Source: a virus
Taxonomy: Duplodnaviria; Caudoviricetes
Virus record (IMG/VR): IMGVR_UViG_3300036766_000337
Location: 1-40,347 of that record
DNA: 40,347 nucleotides
Direction: 5' to 3' (one strand)
Shown: positions 17,911 through 27,960 of the stretch, one piece after another
How the letters are laid out: each line of letters opens with the position of its first letter
Numbering within the stretch: position 1 is the first letter of the stretch
Notes under the pieces: model-generated
Told to the model about the DNA's origin: nothing
What the model saw: only the letters and a program-made list of their open reading frames with translations
Database searches by the model: none
Program-made: the position numbers and the translations under genes

Positions 17911-18982
17911 TTTTCTTCTTCCTTTGAAGCTCTCCATTCACCTCACGATAGTCGTAGGTTGGGTCATACTGAACATGGTACTTCTTTGCCAGCACCTCTT
18001 GATCTACCTGATCAACTTTCTTGTTCTCGGTAAAGGCAGATTTAATCCTCTGTATAACGCCTCCAGAGTCCTTCTTCTTCTCCGGCTCAACAACTTGTTT
18101 TCCTTTATGCTTAGCTGCATACTGCTTATCCACGTCAGTCTTGATCCTGTTGACAGACTTAACCTCTGGATGAGCATCCATGTAGTCAGCTACCAGCTCT
18201 TCCTTCTCACTAACATCTTGTTTTTTATCTTCCGATAGTGACCATGCACCATCTTTGAAGGTACTGTAATCAAGACGAATAAGGCCATTCACCCTATTCA
18301 TTCTTGTCTCAGTTGCCTGTGATTCCTTAGTTCCAACCATATCAGAGATTCTCTTCAGCATAGCGTTCTGAGCAACCGTCGCTCTGTCAGCGGCTTTCTG
18401 TGAGAGGTCCAACCTAACATCCTGTCTCTCAGCCGAATCAACTGCCCGTTCCTCTGAACGAGTTTGCCTCTCAATAGTCATCTCCTGAAAGGTTCTCGCT
18501 CCCTCAGGCCTCTTCCCAACAGGCTTCATGCCAAGAGTCTTCCCTTCTGCAGAATAGAACTCCTCTCTTTTTGGCCCTTCTCCCAGAGCAACATTCTTCC
18601 TACCAAAGATCTGGGCACGATAGTTAGCATCTGACAGCTTAAGCTCATCACCCTTCTTGACAAAGGTAGATACTTTCTCTCCTGTGTCCTGATCATATCC
18701 AGAGACCTCCACTGGAGTTTCATCTCTCGGAGGATGGAGACGGTCGGCAATCTGTATACCAAGCTGCCAGTGTTGAGGGTCCTTTGCCAGCCCGGACGCA
18801 GAGAAAATTGACATAGCAGATGACCGATCAGGAGCTTGCTTCATCACCTCCATCGTCTTGGTGAGTTGCTCCATCTCCTGTACCTGTTTATATCTCTCTG
18901 CAGCCGATTTGAAGAATCCTCCAATAGCCTGTCCCCAGGCTTCTGCTCGAACATCAGGTGCGCCTTGAACGACTGTTGCCAT
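17897..18982 (-). CDS. Putative internal virion (ejection) protein
   Basis: Helical, charged; lies between the pilot-like and large ejection genes. Confidence 0.6.
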   Translation of the reverse strand: MATVVQGAPDVRAEAWGQAIGGFFKSAAERYKQVQEMEQLTKTMEVMKQAPDRSSAMSIFSASGLAKDPQHWQLGIQIADRLHPPRDETPVEVSGYDQDTGEKVSTFVKKGDELKLSDANYRAQIFGRKNVALGEGPKREEFYSAEGKTLGMKPVGKRPEGARTFQEMTIERQTRSEERAVDSAERQDVRLDLSQKAADRATVAQNAMLKRISDMVGTKESQATETRMNRVNGLIRLDYSTFKDGAWSLSEDKKQDVSEKEELVADYMDAHPEVKSVNRIKTDVDKQYAAKHKGKQVVEPEKKKDSGGVIQRIKSAFTENKKVDQVDQEVLAKKYHVQYDPTYDYREVNGELQRKKKNAGQ

Positions 18983-18994
18983 ATGTCACCTATG

Positions 18995-19009
18995 CTAACA
19001 AATTGTTAC
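18995..19009. repeat. Palindrome copy 3 (CTAACAAATTGTTAC)
   Basis: Directly visible, intergenic. Confidence 0.85.
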
Positions 19010-19013
19010 GCTG

Positions 19014-19925
19014 CTACATAAACATCATATCTACTGCTTCCATTGCAGAGCTACCACCAAAAAGGCTACCTAGCCATCCAGAGCTTCCACCGCCGCCAGT
19101 TCCAGAGCCGAATGCAGTTTGTCCTAGTCCCTGACCAAGCCCGCCTGCCATACCTCCGAGGATGCCAGCACTTCCCGGCTGGACAGTCACAATGTTCTCC
19201 TGTCCTTTGATACCAAGAGATTTCAGAAGATCATCAATAAACTGTTGTTGTTGCTGCTGCTGCCTCTGAAATTCAGAGTACTGACCTGTCAACTGTAACT
19301 GTCGAGTCTGCTGATCTACTGCTCCACCAGAGAGGGATGCTAGGAGCTGCTGGATAGGCGCCATCCCGGCTGCCGGAGCCAAGCTGGCTGCCTTCAACGA
19401 TCTATCCTTCTGCGCGTTAAGCTGATCGAAGGATACCTTAGCTCTGTTAGCTTCCAGGCCAGTTCCGAAGTCTCGAGTTGTTCTGGCTTCCATATTCATC
19501 CTGTCGGAGCCAAAAGCTCCACTGCCACCAAATCTCTTCGTGATGGCTGGTAGGATGTTCTCGGTGAAGTCTCGTAGAGCTGGATCACGGACGTTTGTGT
19601 CAAAGTACTTCTCCGTGCTAGCCGGTGTGTCAGTCATTGTTTTCTGCAACGTGTCCTGAGCTGTCCTATTCAGCCCTTGTGCACTTGGGTCTACCAAGCT
19701 GGTTGCATAGTTTTGTAACCCTGTCAAGCTGGTTTGCTGCAGAGTAGATAGCGGAGCTGCGAACGATCCGCTGTAGGAAGTTGCACCTCCACTTGAGCTT
19801 CCCACAGCTCCTGTCAGCTTATCTAACAATTGCTTCAAGCCTGCCTGCTGCTCAGGAGTTAGAGTTGGTAATGTCTGTGTAGTTGTCTTAGCAGAACTAC
19901 CAAATAGAGAATCGAGAAAGCTCAT
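19014..19925 (-). CDS. Putative DNA pilot/ejection protein
   Basis: MSFLDSLFG N-terminus, Q-rich core, Gly-rich hydrophobic C-terminus. Confidence 0.65.
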   Translation of the reverse strand: MSFLDSLFGSSAKTTTQTLPTLTPEQQAGLKQLLDKLTGAVGSSSGGATSYSGSFAAPLSTLQQTSLTGLQNYATSLVDPSAQGLNRTAQDTLQKTMTDTPASTEKYFDTNVRDPALRDFTENILPAITKRFGGSGAFGSDRMNMEARTTRDFGTGLEANRAKVSFDQLNAQKDRSLKAASLAPAAGMAPIQQLLASLSGGAVDQQTRQLQLTGQYSEFQRQQQQQQQFIDDLLKSLGIKGQENIVTVQPGSAGILGGMAGGLGQGLGQTAFGSGTGGGGSSGWLGSLFGGSSAMEAVDMMFM

Positions 19926-19932
19926 GTTAACC

Positions 19933-21714
19933 TCAGTAGAGAGATTCCTTCTTGTACGAAAAGCCGTACCAGCTTAGCACAAAATCTGGACAGACTCCAC
20001 TCCATCTAAATCTGATGGATAGCCCTATATCCTGCATCCACAGCCGTACCCTTCCAATTGGACTCTGTGTTACCAGTACATGGTCAAAATTCTTCCATGT
20101 AAGTCCAGAATCCATACTATACTGAATAGCAACATCTGTTCCTGACATCCAACACTCTAACATATCAATTCTCAAATGTCCATCCGGTATGAAGAAGTCT
20201 TTGCTCTCCGCTACGAAAGGTATATCACTCTGCCAATCTTTTATTGATCTGTAATCATACTGATAGACATGATTTTCTCTAGCGTCACATAGGTGTACCA
20301 GCGGACTATTAGCTAGCAACACACGGGAGTTCCACGGGTACTTCTGATCAGCCCAAGTACCTGTTAGAGTATTCCACAACCTTGTAAGGCTTGTCTGATA
20401 CAGGCCATATCCAATTATCTCGTCGTCAAACTTTCTAATTGCCCAAGTATGATCTTCTACATTATAGCGTAGGAGTGTGTCTGAATATTCAGCTGCTCCG
20501 GCTGGATAGAAAAACCACGCTTCGTTTAGTTCTTCCACGAACGTTCCAAAGATCATGCTCTTCTTCGATATGTCTAGATTCCCAAGTGCTCCAAAGACGT
20601 TATAGTATATTGGATCACCCACCTTTGTAAGAGTAAAATCTCCAATGTACTTAAATATATTGGTAGTTCCGAAGAACAAGTGATAGTCATTTATAGCTAT
20701 CACAGAGTTGGAAGATATCGCTCCCTCTCCCACGATTGTAGTACTCCAGAGATACACAACGTCGGTAGCTCCAACATACTGGCCTCTAGCTATAGCACGC
20801 TCTGAGTACACGATGAGGTATGAGCCTAGAACCTTTCCAGCATTGATAGGACTTGGATGATCAAACAGCTCATCATAGCCTGCCGCACCAGAGTTCCAAA
20901 TTGCTGGAGCACCAATGTCAGATCGTCTCACTCTCTCTGGGTGAGCCTCTCCTCCTTCCGTACAGTTTAGAAGAAAGATAGATACGTTGAACACTAGGAT
21001 ATATCTGCATACCACTATCCCCACGTCCACAAGTCCTGGTAGCTCAACACAGTCCAGGCCGTCGTATCTCTTTGGAGTATCAACTCCATTTGTGAAGATC
21101 ATCCAGTCGGTGGCTGGATATGTATCTATAATTACCCGCTTATCTATAACTCCGTGAAGGACAAGGGCTGGTATAACAAGAGCACCATTGAGAATATCAG
21201 GTCCAACTGGCAATCCATTGTGAATAGTTAGCACCACTCCAACCACGTTATCTACTAGAACCTGAAACTCAGTTCCATCTGCCAGGATAATTCCAACATA
21301 GGTGCCAATGGTTATCCCACTTGCGCTGGCTACATGAATAGCGGTGGCTCCAGCCGTGTAGGTATTGGTGGTAGTGGTAGGAGTTCTGGCCGGGACAAAC
21401 TGCCATTGGCCTACCCTCCACCTATACAAGGTCTCCGTTGTTACAAGAGCAAGCTCGGACGTTCCATTCTTCTTATCAAACTCAAATGTCGCTTGTGGAA
21501 AGCCTCTAACTGTGCTGCCAAATAGCGTATATCCAGTATCCTTTTGCAACTGCTTCTTCTTCACAACTAGATTGGTTAGTGTGAGGAACTGATTGGATTC
21601 CAGCTTATCAGAACGAACATAGGTATTGATACCACCAGCTGTATCCTCCACCAGCTCGTAGTTCCAATTTCCCTGCTTGTTAGGCAGGAGTGGATATCCA
21701 ATACCTTGCGCCAT
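19933..21714 (-). CDS. Tail nozzle / packaged-DNA stabilisation protein (P22 gp10 / T7 gp12-like)
   Basis: GGIN N-terminal motif, beta-propeller-like composition, RVRRSDIG, EAWFFYP; genomic position. Confidence 0.7.
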   Translation of the reverse strand: MAQGIGYPLLPNKQGNWNYELVEDTAGGINTYVRSDKLESNQFLTLTNLVVKKKQLQKDTGYTLFGSTVRGFPQATFEFDKKNGTSELALVTTETLYRWRVGQWQFVPARTPTTTTNTYTAGATAIHVASASGITIGTYVGIILADGTEFQVLVDNVVGVVLTIHNGLPVGPDILNGALVIPALVLHGVIDKRVIIDTYPATDWMIFTNGVDTPKRYDGLDCVELPGLVDVGIVVCRYILVFNVSIFLLNCTEGGEAHPERVRRSDIGAPAIWNSGAAGYDELFDHPSPINAGKVLGSYLIVYSERAIARGQYVGATDVVYLWSTTIVGEGAISSNSVIAINDYHLFFGTTNIFKYIGDFTLTKVGDPIYYNVFGALGNLDISKKSMIFGTFVEELNEAWFFYPAGAAEYSDTLLRYNVEDHTWAIRKFDDEIIGYGLYQTSLTRLWNTLTGTWADQKYPWNSRVLLANSPLVHLCDARENHVYQYDYRSIKDWQSDIPFVAESKDFFIPDGHLRIDMLECWMSGTDVAIQYSMDSGLTWKNFDHVLVTQSPIGRVRLWMQDIGLSIRFRWSGVCPDFVLSWYGFSYKKESLY

Positions 21715-21715
21715 G

Positions 21716-22573
21716 TTAGTATTTGATTATCTTATTAAGCACGATTGCAGGGGGGACGTTCTGACTGTTTCCAGTCATCTCTCCACTTCCAGTGTCTGTC
21801 ATTGCACTAATACCAGTCTGAGATGATGTAGTAGGTGTTAGCCCGCCGCCTGGATTAGCTGCACCAACTGCAGAGTTCCAGGGAGGAGCAAAGGTATCTC
21901 CGGTACTAGCAGCATGAATATGGCCAGGATCATTTATAGATATAACGTGAGTATGTTGCTGTCCATGCTCATTTCCGCCAACAGCTCCTAATGTGAGACC
22001 ATCTACAGCTGATGCAGCCGTGGTTAGTCTGGCGGCTGCCGAACCTCCCATGTCGTCCTTGCCAAACGTAGTACGACCACGAAGATCTGGAACATTGAAT
22101 GTAGTTGAGGCATCCCCTGCTCCATACGTTGTAGCAATGACGATGAACAGATTGGCATAGTCTGCTCTGCTTACCTCCTGCCCATAGCACATTAGCCAAC
22201 CTATCGGCGCGCTTGTACCAGCGTAGTCTGCTATCATACCGATAGGATCAGAGGAGACAATCTTTCCAGCCGTGGTCAACTGCACAACATTTCCAGAGCT
22301 ATCCTCGTAGAATATCTCCTGTATGCTTCCAACTGTCTTAATGTATAGGCAGCCATCATCTGCATCCAGAGTTGGATCACTGCCTAATGTTCTCAGGGTA
22401 ACCTGATTATGCTTTCCATCTTGTGAGTCGCCAGCCCAGGCGTGGTCAACCTGCAACCTTTCCTTAATATCCAGTCTCATATTCCTGATTCTGGATGCAC
22501 CAAGGTCTACCTCCTCATCATCAGATGGTTGGGAGATGTAAGTATTATCCCAGTTTCTAGTAAAAGATGTCAT
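21716..22573 (-). CDS. Tail fibre protein with phage tail collar domain
   Basis: PIGMIADYAG..AP.GWLMCYGQ, FNVPDLRGR, NVPP..VLNKIIKY. Confidence 0.88.
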   Translation of the reverse strand: MTSFTRNWDNTYISQPSDDEEVDLGASRIRNMRLDIKERLQVDHAWAGDSQDGKHNQVTLRTLGSDPTLDADDGCLYIKTVGSIQEIFYEDSSGNVVQLTTAGKIVSSDPIGMIADYAGTSAPIGWLMCYGQEVSRADYANLFIVIATTYGAGDASTTFNVPDLRGRTTFGKDDMGGSAAARLTTAASAVDGLTLGAVGGNEHGQQHTHVISINDPGHIHAASTGDTFAPPWNSAVGAANPGGGLTPTTSSQTGISAMTDTGSGEMTGNSQNVPPAIVLNKIIKY

Positions 22574-23022
22574 TGGCAGACCTCATTAATGTACTGTTGC
22601 AGACCTCTCACCTGCTCGGCAAGCTTGAGGTAGGTGCCATAGTTTTTGGCAATGACTGTTGCTGCGGCAGCAGGATCAACTCCGGAGGGGCTGCCATCAG
22701 CGACGATGGAGGAGTTGGCCTTGTGTCCGACTGCGGCAGCGTTGTGCAACTCGATAAAGCCAATAGGCTCGCTAGGACAACTCCCAGCCGGGATATTCTT
22801 CGCATCATTTACATTCTCCTGAGTTACCTTCTCAACTTCCACTACTCGCTCAACGAAGACTTTAACAATCTTCTCCTTCACCCTATCCTTAGTTCTGACT
22901 CCCTGATAGTTAGCCTCAACGATATCTTTCATCTGAGCCTCCCAGCGGAGATGCTCAAAGTAGAATCCACTGCCAAAGCCAGCTATCAGGGAACCTAATA
23001 TAAGATATAACGTGATAGGCAT
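22570..23022 (-). CDS. Rz-like inner-membrane spanin
   Basis: N-terminal TM, coiled coil, C-terminal Cys; last gene of the lysis cassette. Confidence 0.8.
   Translation of the reverse strand: MPITLYLILGSLIAGFGSGFYFEHLRWEAQMKDIVEANYQGVRTKDRVKEKIVKVFVERVVEVEKVTQENVNDAKNIPAGSCPSEPIGFIELHNAAAVGHKANSSIVADGSPSGVDPAAAATVIAKNYGTYLKLAEQVRGLQQYINEVCQ
22608..22808 (-). CDS. Rz1-like outer-membrane lipoprotein spanin fully embedded in Rz
   Basis: Basic N-terminus, hydrophobic core, LSSC lipobox, Pro-rich mature part; different frame inside Rz. Confidence 0.82.
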   Translation of the reverse strand: MMRRISRLGVVLASLLALSSCTTLPQSDTRPTPPSSLMAAPPELILLPQQQSLPKTMAPTSSLPSR

Positions 23023-23381
23023 TATCTGTCTCTAATCTTTTTTCGCAGAGATTCTGGCTGGTCTATATGCAGCTTTTCTCTCTCAGCCGGTGTTAGAGAT
23101 ACAACGTAGGTAAATTCTGCCTGTGTCTCTCCGACCCTCTCCAGAGTCTTCAACATTGCCTGTTGATATTCCTTAGTATCTGTCTTATGTTCCCATAGAA
23201 TGTAAGCAGTACCTATGCAGATAGCAGCTACAAAGAGTAGAACAATGTCTGTTCCACGAGCTTTGAACTTTAGCCCTCCTGGCCCAGCTATCTCTAGTTC
23301 TTCCTGTTTTTGAGCTTCCATAACTGGACAGTCCTTTGGAAAGTTGCCAACGCTTTCTGATTCATTTTCGCTAGTGATCAT
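23022..23381 (-). CDS. Putative holin / lysis membrane protein
   Basis: Single TM (IVLLFVAAICIGTAYILW); lies between endolysin and spanins. Confidence 0.5.
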   Translation of the reverse strand: MITSENESESVGNFPKDCPVMEAQKQEELEIAGPGGLKFKARGTDIVLLFVAAICIGTAYILWEHKTDTKEYQQAMLKTLERVGETQAEFTYVVSLTPAEREKLHIDQPESLRKKIRDR

Positions 23382-23821
23382 ACTTCCTCCAGCAGGAGTT
23401 CACGCTCTGCCATTCTACGGTTATACAGACCCTTAGAAACTTTCCCGCTGTCATGACACCAGCCTGGTAGCAGGTTTGCTACCTGATCCCAATCTCCCTG
23501 TTGTATTGCATCCAGAGTGTGATGAGGAGGCTGCTTGATATTACCTATGCCAACGTTAAACAAGAGGGACGTCAGAGCATCAAACTTGTTCTGGTTAGTA
23601 TCTTCCGGTATGATAGAGTTAACTCCTCTAACTGCATCGGTAAGATCTTCTTCCAATATCGAGTTTGCTTCATCCTCTGTGATGGAGCCCGGAACTGGCT
23701 CTCCATGCTTCTGAGCATGTCCATAGCCCCAGGTCCATACTCCTCCAATATCCTTATATGGGTGGAGAGCAAGCTTCTCCCACTGTTTGATGAAGTCGAT
23801 ACCGCGCTCACTCACATTCAT
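23378..23821 (-). CDS. Endolysin, GH24 lysozyme
   Basis: E-X8-D-X5-T triad (WEKLALHPYKDIGGVWT), FNVG, GLYNRR; GGAG RBS before M at 23821. Confidence 0.93.
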   Translation of the reverse strand: MNVSERGIDFIKQWEKLALHPYKDIGGVWTWGYGHAQKHGEPVPGSITEDEANSILEEDLTDAVRGVNSIIPEDTNQNKFDALTSLLFNVGIGNIKQPPHHTLDAIQQGDWDQVANLLPGWCHDSGKVSKGLYNRRMAERELLLEEV

Positions 23822-24005
23822 TTGAACTCCAGTCATCTATTGGAAGACATAACTGTTCAGACCAGTCGGCTGTTAGATCAAGACATGGGTCAGGAGGCCA
23901 ATTACTATCCTCACCTATGTCAAATCCAGCACTGAAACTTCTAGCATCGAAAGAGCCTCCAACCTGGCCAGATATAACTGGAGGAGTAAATAGCTCCCAG
24001 GTCAT
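23808..24005 (-). CDS. Small hypothetical protein
   Basis: ATGA-coupled to the upstream small ORF. Confidence 0.5.
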   Translation of the reverse strand: MTWELFTPPVISGQVGGSFDARSFSAGFDIGEDSNWPPDPCLDLTADWSEQLCLPIDDWSSNECE

Positions 24006-24172
24006 TTCTGTACACGCTTTCCATTAACTATCTTATGAATATTCTCATCTGTATTATTATCACAGTCTTCCATAACAATCTCACCAGGTTTAGCTTGGAG
24101 AGACAAGAACTCTTCTGGACAGTTGCCATGTCGAAGAATTATTCCTTCTGGTGTATATACAAGAAATCTCAT
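24002..24172 (-). CDS. 56-aa protein (MRFLVYTPEGIILRHGNC...), possible tail-fibre-associated protein; not in the ORF track
   Basis: GAGGT RBS; exactly fills the gap after the fibre gene. Confidence 0.6.
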   Translation of the reverse strand: MRFLVYTPEGIILRHGNCPEEFLSLQAKPGEIVMEDCDNNTDENIHKIVNGKRVQK

Positions 24173-24174
24173 AG

Positions 24175-27100
24175 TTACCTCTTTAAGACCATTGAGACAA
24201 GGCTTGGAAAAAATACTGATCCATCACAGTACTGTGACAATGCTTTTAGATAGTACGTATATGTTCCAGCAGCTGGTTGATCAGTAAGAATTATGGATAT
24301 ACTAGCTAAATCTCCAGGTGGAGTAGTGGCTCTAGTATATCCAACAGCAGAACCACCCCTCCAAATTGATACTTGTATGATGCCACCAGAGTCAGAACTG
24401 CCAGAACATCCACCAATGAATAGGATTGGAGAGCCATCTGTAATAACAGTTACCTGTTGGATGGTAGTAATTACACCAGTACTTAAGCCAACACCACTAC
24501 CTGAGTATGCAGCAACTGGAAGTGTTACAGCATTAAGTGCAATACCCTGTGTCTTAATAGAGCCATCCACCACAAGATTACCATTCAGGCTGAGAGTGGT
24601 AACTCCACCAACTATACCAAGTGACATCATCTGGATTGGAGTTCCAGTTCCGTCCGGCTTTACCACTTTGAACTTATCTGCTGTGACTACAAAGTCTCCT
24701 AGACCAGAACCATTTATCAGTTCAAATCCGACGACGTGTCCATTGACATCTACATTGACAGAGTACTTAGCAAGAATACCAGTGATGGCACTGGCGCTGG
24801 CAGTCGCACTTGTCTTAACGGCAGCGTAGTCTCCGCTATCCAACCTGGCAGATATTGCTGTACTGGTAGATGCATTGGCAGAGTCCCCACTTGCCCTTGT
24901 GCTAGCCTCCGTGGTGATGGCGGCTGCGTTTGTGGCTATGTTAGTTCCCTGAGTCGTCACCGTAGATTGGAGAGTAGTAATCTGACTAGCCATCGTGGTA
25001 TCGGCAGAAGCTCTTGTAGTCGACTCAGTTGTTAGACCAGAAGATAGTGTAGCCAAAGATGTAGTATGACCAGTAACAACGGAGGTCAACGCTACCCTAG
25101 CCGTTGCCTCAGTTGAATCAGCCGTTGCTCTGGCAGTCGACTCAGTCGTGATGGCAGAAGCATTTACACTTATTGCATTTTCAGCCGTTGTAACTCTGGC
25201 AGCTAAGGTTGTGGTATCACTGGCCAGTGCATTATCCGCAGAGGTTCTTGCGGCTGCCTCTTTTACTACCGACGCATAGGAGGCTCCAGGCGCATCCCTG
25301 CCAACGCCAATCCAGTCTACGTCAAAGGAATCAGCGGCAGTTGCACCTAGCTCAATTCTGAGATTGGTAATTGTGTTAGTTACCCAATCAGTTCCTCCAG
25401 CCGTAAGGGTGGACATATCCCACTCAACCACAGCGTCCGATCCTATTGCAATGACAGGGTCTGCCACAGCCTTGTGATAGCTAGCACTGAAGCCATGAGA
25501 TCCAGTTGTGTACTGCACGTCTCCATGCCAGCCAGCACCAGCATTTCTCTTTATCCTGAGTTTAACAATGGCATACTGAGAGCCCAGTACCCCCGGCGCT
25601 ATATCAGATGCCAGAATCATACCAGGACTTGTACCTGTAGCTGCTAACGTAACCCAGCCAGCGTTCCACACCAGAGTGGAATCTCCAGCTGCAATCCATC
25701 CCTCTACATCTGTATCAAAGTACCATGTGGTAAAGGGATCGAATGCTCCTGGAGATGCTGCATATATCAGGGATATCTGAGCAGCCAGTGCATCATCTGC
25801 CGTAACACGAGCAGTTGTCTCAGTGGAAATACCAGCCGTATTGCTAGCTATATTCCCCTCAGCCGTGGTCATTCTAGCTGCTAGAGCCACTCTCAGTGTA
25901 GCTTCTGCACTATCCGCATTTGCTCGAGCTGTACTCTCGGTAGATATGGATGCAGTTAGAGTTGTTATATTCGTCTCAGCTGTTGTCACCCTAGATGACA
26001 AGCTGGTTATATTCGTTGCCAGTGCTGTATCAGCTGTAGCACGAGTAGTAGCCTCGCTTGTTATAGCTGCCTGTGCTGTTGTTATCTTCCCTTCGGCAGT
26101 TGTAACTCTAGAGGCAAGAGCTATCCTAGCGTTAGCCTCTGTTGTGTCAGCAGTAGCCCTTGTGGTAGCTTCGCTTGTTATGGCAGAGGAGTTGGTAGTT
26201 ATATTTCCCTCTGCCGTCGTCACCCTGGATGTTAGAGCAGTCACACTGCTAGATATCGCTGTGTCGGCAGTTGTCCTAGCTGTCGTCTCAGTTGATATTG
26301 CAGATGCGTTGTTATTTACAGTTGTTGTTAGTGATGTTATACTTGAAACGATAGCAGAGTCGGCTGTAACCCTAGCAGATATCTCCGCCAGCAGGCCAGC
26401 CTCTGAAGCCCCAGGAGCATCCCTACCAACAGCTATCCAGTCAATGTCAAAGGAGTCATCTGCATGATCTCCCAACTGAATCATTACGTTTAGAATGTTG
26501 TGAGCTATCCAATCGGTAGTACCGGCTGTCAAGCTGGACATATCCCACTCGAGGATAGTTGTATCTCCGATACTAATGCCTGGGTCTGGCAGGACCTTCT
26601 CATAGCTCGAACTGAATCCATGACCAGCAGTTTTGAACTGCACAATTCCTGCCCAGCCATTTCCAGCATTCCTTGTTACTCGCAGCTTTACTACAGGATA
26701 TTGAGTTCCAACTATAACAGGATTGAAGTCAGATGTTTGCTTAATGCCAGGAGTTATGTCTGTAGCTTCTACAGTTATCCAGCCATTGTTCCAGGTAACA
26801 GTGCTAGTGCCGCTGGCTATCCATCCCTCAACTGTTGTGTCGAAGTACCAGGTTTTGTAAGGATCAAATGCCCCTGGAACACCGGCTGTTATCAGGGAGA
26901 TTTGCTGAGCCAGAGCACTGTCAGCCGCAGCTCTTGTGTCAAACTCCAGCTTTATCAAGCCATAGGATAGCTGAGTTATATCGTCTCCAGTGTAGGAGCC
27001 TCTTAACTGAGCGGATAGAGTAAGGCGGCTAGTAGCTTCCGCGCTGTCAGCAGTTGCTCTGACAGACTGCTCGGTTAGAATATCTGCCTGAGCATGAGTC

Positions 27101-27240
27101 ATGCTGTCCTGAAGAGCAGTTACCTCTGCCAGCGTACCTGTTACTTCATGCTCATCATTCCAGTTAGATGGATTAACCTTAGTGGCATCCACAGACTCCG
27201 GCTTCGTACTGTGGAATTTATGTTTGATAGCCAGAGTCAT
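24175..27240 (-). CDS. Long tail fibre/host-specificity protein: coiled coil, duplicated beta domain and DUF1983-like region
   Basis: T/A/S-rich ExTxRAxAD repeats; two copies of the GAFDP..TWYFD...DWIxVGRDAPGAS domain; YSVNVD...FVVTADKF. Confidence 0.8.
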   Translation of the reverse strand: MTLAIKHKFHSTKPESVDATKVNPSNWNDEHEVTGTLAEVTALQDSMTHAQADILTEQSVRATADSAEATSRLTLSAQLRGSYTGDDITQLSYGLIKLEFDTRAAADSALAQQISLITAGVPGAFDPYKTWYFDTTVEGWIASGTSTVTWNNGWITVEATDITPGIKQTSDFNPVIVGTQYPVVKLRVTRNAGNGWAGIVQFKTAGHGFSSSYEKVLPDPGISIGDTTILEWDMSSLTAGTTDWIAHNILNVMIQLGDHADDSFDIDWIAVGRDAPGASEAGLLAEISARVTADSAIVSSITSLTTTVNNNASAISTETTARTTADTAISSSVTALTSRVTTAEGNITTNSSAITSEATTRATADTTEANARIALASRVTTAEGKITTAQAAITSEATTRATADTALATNITSLSSRVTTAETNITTLTASISTESTARANADSAEATLRVALAARMTTAEGNIASNTAGISTETTARVTADDALAAQISLIYAASPGAFDPFTTWYFDTDVEGWIAAGDSTLVWNAGWVTLAATGTSPGMILASDIAPGVLGSQYAIVKLRIKRNAGAGWHGDVQYTTGSHGFSASYHKAVADPVIAIGSDAVVEWDMSTLTAGGTDWVTNTITNLRIELGATAADSFDVDWIGVGRDAPGASYASVVKEAAARTSADNALASDTTTLAARVTTAENAISVNASAITTESTARATADSTEATARVALTSVVTGHTTSLATLSSGLTTESTTRASADTTMASQITTLQSTVTTQGTNIATNAAAITTEASTRASGDSANASTSTAISARLDSGDYAAVKTSATASASAITGILAKYSVNVDVNGHVVGFELINGSGLGDFVVTADKFKVVKPDGTGTPIQMMSLGIVGGVTTLSLNGNLVVDGSIKTQGIALNAVTLPVAAYSGSGVGLSTGVITTIQQVTVITDGSPILFIGGCSGSSDSGGIIQVSIWRGGSAVGYTRATTPPGDLASISIILTDQPAAGTYTYYLKALSQYCDGSVFFPSLVSMVLKR

Positions 27241-27932
27241 GAAGCACTCCTAACGAATGGATTGCTCTCGGCAGGGAGTAGAATGTTCAAAGCCTGAGCT
27301 GTTCCGCCAGCTTGGTAGTCCAAGTCTGGCTTGGTACTGTCGGCTGTTAGCGCCTCGAGATACAGCTGTCCAGCAATAGCCGTGTGCTTTGCTGCCTCTG
27401 TTTCCTTTCCAATGCTATTGAAGATATACACCAGGGTAAGCTCAACTAGAAGATCATCCTTGTTCTTAAATTCTGATTTTTGAGTCGGAGAGTTGAGGTC
27501 GGCTGGCCACTTTGTCCATCTCATCCTCAGGGGGTATCCAACGGTGGAGTCGGGGAGTTTCCAAATCTCCACAGTGTTATTCCAGATGATATAGTGAGAG
27601 GGTCTACCTCTAACCCAATACTCTGCCTTTGGAATCAACTGGTCAAAGCGTCTAGCAGATACCTGTACTAACTTCCTGCTGTTGGCATCATCGAGGAGGA
27701 CAAGAGAGTACACCTCCCGCACGTTTGGAAGCTGCAGATATCTGTCGCATGGATCACCAGTGTTCTGTGAGAGTCCAAGGGATATCTCTTCCATCTCGTC
27801 GAAGTCATGCTTACGAGCGAGTCTTTGTTGGGCAATGTTTAGAGATCGAGCTAGACGGCCATCCTGATCTGTCCTGCCGCCTAGTCCGATTCTAACTTCA
27901 TCTTCCAACTCACGTAGAGTTAGTGTTCCCAT
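27237..27932 (-). CDS. Head-tail adaptor (tail tubular A-like)
   Basis: TLRELEDEVR..LG N-terminus, LNIAQ, GRPSHY; follows the head genes. Confidence 0.65.
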   Translation of the reverse strand: MGTLTLRELEDEVRIGLGGRTDQDGRLARSLNIAQQRLARKHDFDEMEEISLGLSQNTGDPCDRYLQLPNVREVYSLVLLDDANSRKLVQVSARRFDQLIPKAEYWVRGRPSHYIIWNNTVEIWKLPDSTVGYPLRMRWTKWPADLNSPTQKSEFKNKDDLLVELTLVYIFNSIGKETEAAKHTAIAGQLYLEALTADSTKPDLDYQAGGTAQALNILLPAESNPFVRSAS

Positions 27933-27940
27933 CGCACTGT

Positions 27941-27957
27941 CGTAACAAATTGTTACG
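27941..27957. repeat. Palindrome copy 4 (CGTAACAAATTGTTACG, perfect arms)
   Basis: Directly visible, intergenic. Confidence 0.9.
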
Positions 27958-27960
27958 TCA

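Noticed and set aside
24293-26970. Several long + strand ORFs opposite the tail fibre (similar ones occur opposite other structural genes)
   Set aside because: Antisense shadows of T/A/S-rich coding sequence, with no recognisable RBS or motifs.
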